From Eledone cirrhosa (taxonomy: Eukaryota): a stretch of DNA of 64,000 nt. The translations under genes were made by a program, and so were the position numbers. Location: the NCBI GenBank assembly GCA_964016885.1, contig OZ024741.1, positions 269,266,001 through 269,330,000 of the forward strand. Direction: 5' to 3'. Positions 52,979 to 64,000 of the stretch are shown here, piece after piece. Each line of letters starts with the position of its first letter. The stretch's first letter is position 1. The notes below the pieces were generated by a model, which was not told where the DNA came from, made no database searches, and saw only the letters and a program-made list of their open reading frames with translations.

Positions 52979-53171
52979 AACGAAGGAAATGTGGTAAGGA
53001 ACCAGGTGGACCATAACGCACCAAAGTACTCAATACTTAGGGTAGTAGAGTGGGTAATAGGAAGAAGTAAGACCCCGACGGCTGAGCTCAAGCCGTTTCG
53101 ACGGCTAATTCTGTACAGAATTAGCCGTCGAAACGGCTTAAGCTCGGCCGTCGGGGTCTTACTTGTTCCTA
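52979..53171 (-). mobile_element. Inverted copy of the 47795 fold-back mini-element
   Basis: Same palindrome centre and tail, opposite orientation. Confidence 0.85.
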
Positions 53172-53326
53172 TATATATATATGTATATATATATATGTAT
53201 ATATATATATATGTGTATATATATATGTATATATATATATATGTGTATATATATATGTATATATATATGTATATATATATATTATATGTAAATATATATG
53301 TATTTATATATATGTAAATATATATG

Positions 53327-53357
<31 letters not shown>

Positions 53358-53617
53358 GAATATATATATATGTATATATGTATATATATATATATGTATA
53401 TATATATATGTATATATGTATATATATGTATATATATATGTATATATATATATTATATGTAAATATATATGTATATATGTATATATATATCTATGTATAT
53501 ATGTATATATGTATATATATATGTATATATATATATATGTATATATATATGTATATATATATGTATATATATATGTATATATATATATGTATATATATAT
53601 ATATGTATATATATATG

Positions 53618-53650
<33 letters not shown>

Positions 53651-53675
53651 GTATATATATATGTATATATATATG

Positions 53676-53708
<33 letters not shown>

Positions 53709-53715
53709 GTATATA

Positions 53716-53752
<37 letters not shown>

Positions 53753-53809
53753 ATATATATATGTATATATATATATATATGTGTATATATATATGTAAAT
53801 GTATATATA

Positions 53810-53858
<49 letters not shown>

Positions 53859-53983
53859 ATATATATATGTATATATATATATATATATGTATGTATATAT
53901 ATATGTATATATATATATATGTATGTATGTATATATATATGTATATATATATATATGTATGTATGTATATAAATGTGTATATA

Positions 53984-54048
<65 letters not shown>

Positions 54049-54292
54049 CTGTATATATATATGTATAGATATATGTGTATATATATATGTATATATATAT
54101 ACATATATATATATGTATATATATATATATGTATATATATATGTGTATATAGATATGTATATATATATGTATAGATATGTATATATATATGTATATATAT
54201 ATATATAATATATGTAAATATATATGTATATATATATATGAATATATATATATATATGTATATATGTATATATATATACGTATATATATATG

Positions 54293-54325
<33 letters not shown>

Positions 54326-54558
54326 GTATATATATATATGTATATATGTATTAATATATATATATATATGTATATATATATGTATATATATATATATGTA
54401 TATACATATATGTATATATATATATATATGTATATATGTATATATATATATGTATATATATGTATATATATATATGTATATATATATATGTATATATATA
54501 TGTATATATATATATGTATATATATATATGTATATATATATGTATATATATATATGTA

Positions 54559-54607
<49 letters not shown>

Positions 54608-54616
54608 GTATATATG

Positions 54617-54649
<33 letters not shown>

Positions 54650-54738
54650 GTATATATATATGTATATATATAGATATGTATATATATATGTATATATATA
54701 TATATGTATATATGTATATATATATGTATATATATATG

Positions 54739-54805
<67 letters not shown>

Positions 54806-54866
54806 GTATATATATATGTATATATATATATGTATATATATATGTATATATATGTATATATATATG

Positions 54867-54897
<31 letters not shown>

Positions 54898-54906
54898 GTA
54901 TGTATG

Positions 54907-54968
<62 letters not shown>

Positions 54969-55011
54969 TATATACATATATATATACATATATATATACA
55001 TATATATATAC

Positions 55012-55058
<47 letters not shown>

Positions 55059-55107
55059 CATATATATATACATATATATATACATATATATATACATATA
55101 TATATAC

Positions 55108-55172
<65 letters not shown>

Positions 55173-55186
55173 CATATATATATACA

Positions 55187-55220
<34 letters not shown>

Positions 55221-55221
55221 C

Positions 55222-55344
<123 letters not shown>

Positions 55345-55434
55345 CATATATATATACATATATATATACATATATACATATATATATATATACATATATA
55401 TATACATATCTATATATATACATATATATATACA

Positions 55435-55476
<42 letters not shown>

Positions 55477-55661
55477 TACATATATATATATACATATATA
55501 TATATACATATATACATATATATATATATACATATATATATATACATATATATATACATATATACATATATATATATACATATATGTATATACATATATA
55601 TATATATACATATATATATACATATATATATATATACATATATACATATATATATATATAC

Positions 55662-55698
<37 letters not shown>

Positions 55699-55869
55699 CA
55701 TATATATATACATATATATATATATACATATATACATATATATATATATTCATATATATCTATACATATATATATATACATATATATTTACATATATTAT
55801 ATATATATATATATACATATATATATACATATCTATATACACATATATATATACATATATATATATATA

Positions 55870-56162
55870 CATACATGCACACATATATATATGTACGTAT
55901 GGATTCATCGAACATTTATTATAATGCTCGGTGTGTTTGTAAACAAACATCCCGTATTAAGCCGCGTAGTGTCCAGCAACCATCGCTGCTCGTTTGTTAA
56001 ACACTGACAAGTACAGCGTTCCTTTGTCAGTGTTGAACAAACGAGCTACGATGGTTGCTGGACACTACGGCTTAATACGGGATGTTTGTTTACAAACACA
56101 CCGAGCATTATAATAAATGTTCGGTGAATCCATACGTACATATATATATGTGTGCATGTATG
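55870..56162. repeat. ~290-bp imperfect hairpin upstream of PLE-C ORF start (copy 1)
   Basis: ~140-bp arms, ~13-nt loop at 56011-56023. Confidence 0.9.
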
Positions 56163-56427
56163 TATATATATATATACATACTACTGTACGTCTCTATACA
56201 TATATGTATGTACGTGTACATACTTATATTTAAGTAACAGCCGTACTAAGAGTGGGAAATGAAACAACAACAACAGACGCGCAGACACAAAAAACAATAA
56301 CAATACACACAACAATAATAACACACACGGAGACAACAACAACAACACACTTCAACAATAGCACACATCAACAACAACAACAACAACAACAACACACACA
56401 CACACATTCAATGCCTCTCACAACCAC

Positions 56428-56627
56428 NNNNNNNNNNNNNNNNNNNNNNNNNNNNNNNNNNNNNNNNNNNNNNNNNNNNNNNNNNNNNNNNNNNNNNNNN
56501 NNNNNNNNNNNNNNNNNNNNNNNNNNNNNNNNNNNNNNNNNNNNNNNNNNNNNNNNNNNNNNNNNNNNNNNNNNNNNNNNNNNNNNNNNNNNNNNNNNNN
56601 NNNNNNNNNNNNNNNNNNNNNNNNNNN
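56428..56627. other. Assembly gap (200 N)
   Basis: Run of n. Confidence 1.
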
Positions 56628-56660
56628 GTATAGTGCTATATATATATGTATATATATATG

Positions 56661-56763
<103 letters not shown>

Positions 56764-56767
56764 CTAT

Positions 56768-57510
56768 CTAAGGCGAGTAAAATTCCCGAGATCCATGGAC
56801 GAGTTCTCTCCAGCGGTCTCTGTCCCTCATTATCGCTGCCATATCCTGCATCTCCAACAGACCAGTGTCTGTCCTTAGGGCATCAACATATGTTAACCTT
56901 GGTCTTCCACTTCTAGTGTGTCCATGTAGGGGCTCCCAAAGAAGCACTGAGTGCAATGTCAACTCTGGATGCCGGTGAGCATGTCCAGCTAACCTCAGTT
57001 TCCTCTGTGTCACTTTTCAGCTGACTTTTGGGATGCTCCCATACAGCTCTGCGTTTTTCATCCTCAGTGTATACTGATTAATGTTCAGAGCCATCCTCAG
57101 CATTCTCGTGTAGCACCCATCCACCATCTGAGTGAATCTCTTGGTCAGTGTCCAAGTCTCAGACCCATACAGCAGCACAGACTCCACTACAGCAATGAAG
57201 AGGCAGATTTTCAGGTCTCTACGAAGGTCCGACTTCCACACCAATCTCAAGCTGTGGCACGCCGCCCAGGTTTTGCTCTTCCTCTCAACCACATCATCTT
57301 CCGCATTCCCAATCTTTGCTCCCAAATACAGGAAGTCCTCAACCAATTCCAGCGGCTTCCCGCCTACATTAGTGATCCCCTCTGGCTTCTCAACATTCTC
57401 TACCAGATATTTTGTTTTAGTCTCATTCATTCTCAGCCCCACACTCATCGACACAGTCTCAACCTCCCGCATCAAATCCTCTGACTCCTTCACTGTATTT
57501 GTCACCAAAA
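56768..57510 (-). mobile_element. Duplicate of the RTE fragment 52007-52749
   Basis: Near-identical sequence with the same junctions. Confidence 0.9.
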
Positions 57511-57596
57511 CATATATATATATATATATATATGTGTATATATATATGTATATATATATGTATATATATTTGTATATATATATATATGTGTATATA

Positions 57597-57686
<90 letters not shown>

Positions 57687-57761
57687 TATATGTGTGTATA
57701 TATATGTATATATATATGTGTATATATATATGTATATATATATATACATATATATAAATGT

Positions 57762-57954
57762 AACGAAGGAAATGTGGTAAGGAACCAGGTGGAACATAAC
57801 GCACCAAAGTACTCAATACTTAGGGTAGTAGAGTGGGTAATAGGAAGAAGTAAAACCCCAACGGCTGAGCTCAAGCCGTTTCGACGGCTAATTCTGTACA
57901 GAATTAGCCGTCGAAACGGCTGAAGCTCGGCCGTCGAGGTCTTACTTGTTCCTA
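57762..57954 (-). mobile_element. Duplicate of 52979-53171
   Basis: Near-identical sequence. Confidence 0.85.
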
Positions 57955-58109
57955 TATATATATATGTATATATATATATGTATATATATATATATGTGTA
58001 TATATATATGTATATATATATATATGTGTATATATATATGTATATATATATGTATATATATATATTATATGTAAATATATATGTATTTATATATATGTAA
58101 ATATATATG

Positions 58110-58140
<31 letters not shown>

Positions 58141-58402
58141 GAATATATATATATGTATATATGTATATATATATATATGTATATATATATATGTATATAT
58201 GTATATATATGTATATATATATGTATATATATATATTATATGTAAATATATATGTATATATGTATATATGTATATATATATCTATGTATATATGTATATA
58301 TGTATATATATATGTATATATATATATATGTATATATATATGTATATATATATGTATATATATATGTATATATATATATGTATATATATATATATGTATA
58401 TA

Positions 58403-58445
<43 letters not shown>

Positions 58446-58470
58446 GTATATATATATGTATATATATATG

Positions 58471-58501
<31 letters not shown>

Positions 58502-58564
58502 GTATATATATATGTATATATATATATATATATATGTGTATATATATATGTAAATATATATATA

Positions 58565-58605
<41 letters not shown>

Positions 58606-58694
58606 ATATATATATGTATATATATATATATATATGTATGTATATATATATGTATATATATATATATGTATGTATGTATATATATGTGTATATA

Positions 58695-58773
<79 letters not shown>

Positions 58774-59028
58774 CTGTATATATTATGTATAGATATATGT
58801 GTATATATATATGTTTATATATATACATATATATATATGTATATATATATATATGTATATATATATGTGTATATAGATATGTATATATATATGTATAGAT
58901 ATGTATATATATATGTATATATATATATATATATAATATATGTAAATATATATGTATATATATATATGTATATATATATATGAATATATATATATATATG
59001 TATATATGTATATATATATATGTATATA

Positions 59029-59077
<49 letters not shown>

Positions 59078-59158
59078 GTATATATATATATGTATATATG
59101 TATTAATATATATATATGTATATATATATGTATATATATATATATGTATATACATATA

Positions 59159-59191
<33 letters not shown>

Positions 59192-59290
59192 ATATATATA
59201 TGTATATATATATATGTATATATATATGTATATATATACATGTATATATATATATGTATATATATATGTATATATATATATGTATATATG

Positions 59291-59329
<39 letters not shown>

Positions 59330-59338
59330 CTATATATG

Positions 59339-59369
<31 letters not shown>

Positions 59370-59458
59370 GTATATATATATGTATATATATAGATATGTA
59401 TATATATATGTATATATATATATATGTATATATGTATATATATATGTATATATATATG

Positions 59459-59525
<67 letters not shown>

Positions 59526-59534
59526 GTATATATG

Positions 59535-59566
<32 letters not shown>

Positions 59567-59672
59567 TATACATGTATATATATATGTATGTATATATATA
59601 TATATATATATAAATATATATATGTATATATATATGTATATATATATGTATATATATATGTATATATATATG

Positions 59673-59703
<31 letters not shown>

Positions 59704-59840
59704 GTATATATATATGTATATATATATGTATATATATATGTATATATATATGTATATATATATGTATATATATATGTATATATATATGTATATATATATG
59801 TATATATATATATATATGTATATATATGTATATATATATG

Positions 59841-59875
<35 letters not shown>

Positions 59876-59884
59876 GTATGTATG

Positions 59885-59950
<66 letters not shown>

Positions 59951-59981
59951 TATATACATATATATATACATATATATATAC

Positions 59982-60028
<47 letters not shown>

Positions 60029-60077
60029 CATATATATATACATATATATATACATATATATATACATATATATATAC

Positions 60078-60120
<43 letters not shown>

Positions 60121-60167
60121 CATATATATATACATGTATATATATATATATACATATATATATATAC

Positions 60168-60238
<71 letters not shown>

Positions 60239-60239
60239 C

Positions 60240-60290
<51 letters not shown>

Positions 60291-60391
60291 CATATATATA
60301 TACATATATATATACATATATACATATATATATATATACATATATATATACATATCTATATATATACATATATATATACATATATATATAT

Positions 60392-60434
<43 letters not shown>

Positions 60435-60575
60435 TACATATATATATATACATATATATATATACATATATATATACATATATATATATATACATATATA
60501 TATATACATATATATATACATATATACATATATATATATATATACATATATGTATATACATATATATATATATAC

Positions 60576-60608
<33 letters not shown>

Positions 60609-60631
60609 CATATATACATATATATATATAC

Positions 60632-60662
<31 letters not shown>

Positions 60663-60806
60663 CATATATATATACATATATATATATATACATATATACA
60701 TATATATATATATTCATATATATATATACATATATATATATACATATATATTTACATATATTATATATATATATATACATATATATATATACATATCTAT
60801 ATACAC

Positions 60807-60837
<31 letters not shown>

Positions 60838-61130
60838 CATACATGCACACATATATATATGTACGTATGGATTCATCGAACATTTATTATAATGCTCGGT
60901 GTGTTTGTAAACAAACATCCCGTATTAAGCCGCGTAGTGTCCAGCAACCATCGCTGCTCGTTTGTTAAACACTGACAAGTACAGCGTTCCTTTGTCAGTG
61001 TTGAACAAACGAGCTACGATGGTTGCTGGACACTACGGCTTAATACGGGATGTTTGTTTACAAACACACCGAGCATTATAATAAATGTTCGGTGAATCCA
61101 TACGTACATATATATATGTGTGCATGTATG
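60838..61130. repeat. ~290-bp imperfect hairpin upstream of PLE-C ORF (copy 2)
   Basis: Same as 55870-56162. Confidence 0.9.
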
Positions 61131-61219
61131 TATATATATATATACATACTACTGTACGTCTCTATACATATATGTATGTACGTGTACATACTTATATTTA
61201 AGTAACAGCCGTACTAAGA

Positions 61220-64000
61220 GTGGGAAATGAAACAACAACAACAGACGCGCAGACACAAAAAACAATAACAACACACACAACAATAATAACACACACGGAG
61301 ACAACAACAACAACACACTTCAACAACAGCACACATCAACAACAACAACAACAACAACACACACACACACATTCAATGCCTCTCACAACCACCACAATCT
61401 TAACAAACACCCAGACACAGAAAACAGGTAATGGCAGTAGCACAGAAATAAGGGAAGGTAATAGGATTGAAAGGAGAAGGGAGACTATGGACAGAGAAAA
61501 TAACCAAGACGAACACACAGACACACAAAATAGAGTAGATAATAACAATGAGCCAGAGGAAAGAGACAGGAGTAATAATGAGAGACATAGAAACAACCAT
61601 GAAGCTGTTGGTGGAAATAGAAATAGAAACAACACAACTAACTATAACAGTAGCACTAGTACACATAAAGCAGCAGCCTGGAACTCTACTTTTTATAATC
61701 CCTCCGATAAGTCGTTCGACCTGCGACGAGTCCACGCCACGACTTTAGCTTTTAACAAACGCACGCAATTGCCGTCGCAGGTCGATGAACAAACAGAAGC
61801 ACAATTTAGTATAGCTAGATCTAAACTTAGAAATATTATAGAACAGTATAACAAGAAGCATAATAGAATGGAGGCCCAGCAACTGGGAGAAAAATCTGCA
61901 AATGGCTTGTGAAAGCTCATGCAGCGCTCGCGTAATGGAGAGATAGCATGCTTTCCAACAGACAAGTCTGGCAGAATGTCGGTTGACAGTCTGCCAAACT
62001 ACATCCAGGCAATGCAACCCCACATCACTAACACAAGAGAAGTAACACCACAAGAGCATGAGGATAGAGAAAAAGCCCTCAATGCCCATATGGTGATGTG
62101 GACAAATATAATGCAGCCCAACAAAAGGACTGCCAACAACTTCCAGGCCTGGAACAATGACGTGCCAGCGTTGTATGTGCTTCGAAAAGAGCATAAAACG
62201 GGCGGTGACCCTGTCACGGGACCACCAACACGGCCAGTCTGTGGAGCTAACATTGCTAGTAACTACAGACTGTCCTACTTCCTCTCCCTGATCATACGCC
62301 CCATCATTGAAATGTCCCCAGATGTATGTGACAGCACAGAGGACCTCCTCAGCAGAATCGGCGAGAGTAACCGATCTAGGGACCTAACAAACTGCATAAT
62401 AGGTAGTATGGATGTTGTGTCCCTGTATCCATCTATTGACGTGGATTTTGCTGTGGAGAAATGCGTAGAAATGATCAGTGAGAGCAATGTTGAGTTCCGT
62501 GGGATTGATACCAGTGAGCTGGGACTCCTACTTAAACTTACCTATAGCAATAATTATCTAGACACATATGACCTTAGCAACCTGTGCCGTACAAGACCAG
62601 CAAGAGGCAGACCACCTACCATTACCTCAATGGCCAAGAAAACCCACACAGATAGATGGAACGGGTGGACTAGAGCCATACGGACCCCCGAAAACCACGA
62701 TGAACTAAAGAAAATGATTGCACATGTGGTGGGGGCCAGCATAAAATTAACCCTTAAGGAACATATGTTCAAATTTAATGGAAAAACATATGCCCAAGAG
62801 GAAGGAGCAGCCATTGGTGTTAGCATTGCAGGCGACATAGCTAACTTATTCATGGTATGGTGGGACAGTAGACTTAAACTTAAACTTAAAGAACAATTAG
62901 AAGACCCCTTAACCCAGATAATGTACTCCCGCTACGTTGATGATATAAACATCGTAGTTAAAACACCCCCACTAGAGAACAGTCAGGAATTAGAGAAAAA
63001 CACAATGGAAAGCATCCAGCAAATAGCTAACTCCATCCACCAGAGTATTAGAGTTACTATAGACTACCCAAGTAAACACCCCAACCATCGATTACCTGTA
63101 CTAGACACAGAGCTCTGGTTAGATACCATTAATAACAAAAAACAAATCCTCCATCCCATTATACCAAACCCATGACTTCCAAATATCTGATCCACCGAAA
63201 CTCAGCTGTTTCGGACCATACCAAAATCAACATACTGATTGCGGATTTGGTACGGGTGATGAGAAACGTGTCCCGCATGTGCAACCCCGAAGAACTAGAT
63301 AGACACATCCAACACTTCATCCACCGTATACAGTTCTCTGGTTACAATCAGAGAGATAAAATCAGAGTGTATAGAGGAGCCAGAACCAACTGGGAAAAAA
63401 TGGTAAATAATGACACAAATGGGACCTGCCCCTTGTATAGGAGCAAATTTTGGAATAGAATAGAAGGAACTAGGAATAAGGCTAATAGAATAAACTCATG
63501 GTATGATAGCAATAAATACCAGAGTGTAATGTTCATCGATACAACCCCTAGAGGTGAATTAGCTTACAAATTTAGAAGGGCCCTAGATAAACATAAAGTC
63601 AATATTAAGATAGTAGAAAGACCAGGTACCTCCATAAAAACACTTATTAGCAAGACATACCCTTTTCAAAGACCCCCTGTATAGATAAGAAATGTATAAC
63701 CTGTAAATTAAGCCCCCATATTAACTGTAAAACTAGAAATATAGTATATAGCATAAGATGTACTGAAGGACAATGTAGAGACAAAAATATAGTGTACATA
63801 GGTGAGACAGCTCGTAGTGTAGGGGAACGGATAAATGAACACTGGCGAGACCTTCAAGTTAGTAAAGAATCATCTGAACTCTACCAACATGCTAAAATAG
63901 AACATAAGGGTAAATTAGAGAACATAGAAATAAAAATAGAATCTACACACAGAAAAGACGCAATGTTTAGACAAATCACAGAGGCAATAAACATAAAAGA
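61220..64000 (+). pseudogene. Near full-length PLE-C polyprotein (N-terminal region, RT, Cys-rich linker, GIY-YIG), disrupted; runs off window
   Basis: PTDKSGR, RKEHK, PTRPVCGA, GSMDVVSLYPSI, QEEGAAIG, YSRYVDD, LPVLD; C..KCITC..NC, IVYIGETARS..RINEH; in-frame TGA at 61910, frameshift near 63160, later stops. Confidence 0.92.

Noticed and set aside
61910-61912. In-frame TGA in PLE-C as possible selenocysteine, as in Naiad PLEs
   Set aside because: Single TGA in GL*KL context best explained by CGA>TGA; the element has a C-terminal endonuclease plus other stops and frameshifts, and I saw no SECIS

Overview
A eukaryotic, AT-rich window with no host gene that I can support. The SINE fragments and (TA)n content resemble coleoid cephalopod (Octopus-like) DNA, but this is inferred from remembered repeat motifs and not from a search. 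About half the window is degenerate (TA)n microsatellite, and all the long Ile/Tyr ORFs are artefacts of it. The remainder is decayed retroelements, mostly inserted into (TA)n: several Penelope-like element (PLE) families (RT + C-terminal GIY-YIG, inverted 3' repeats), RTE, CR1-group and L1/Tx1 LINEs, non-autonomous RTE derivatives, SINE pieces and two MITEs. The main hidden signal is RNA structure. I count about 15 complete or near-complete type I hammerhead ribozyme (HHR) motifs, plus several half-motifs, in about a dozen sequence families. They include U3-A8 core variants, very long stem II forms, and two non-coding tandem units (314 and 595 nt) that look like retrozymes. Inversion and fold-back breakpoints fall repeatedly inside HHR stem-loop II. 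The ~4.5 kb duplication flanking the 200-N gap is probably an assembly artefact. All structures were folded by eye and coordinates may be off by a few bases.
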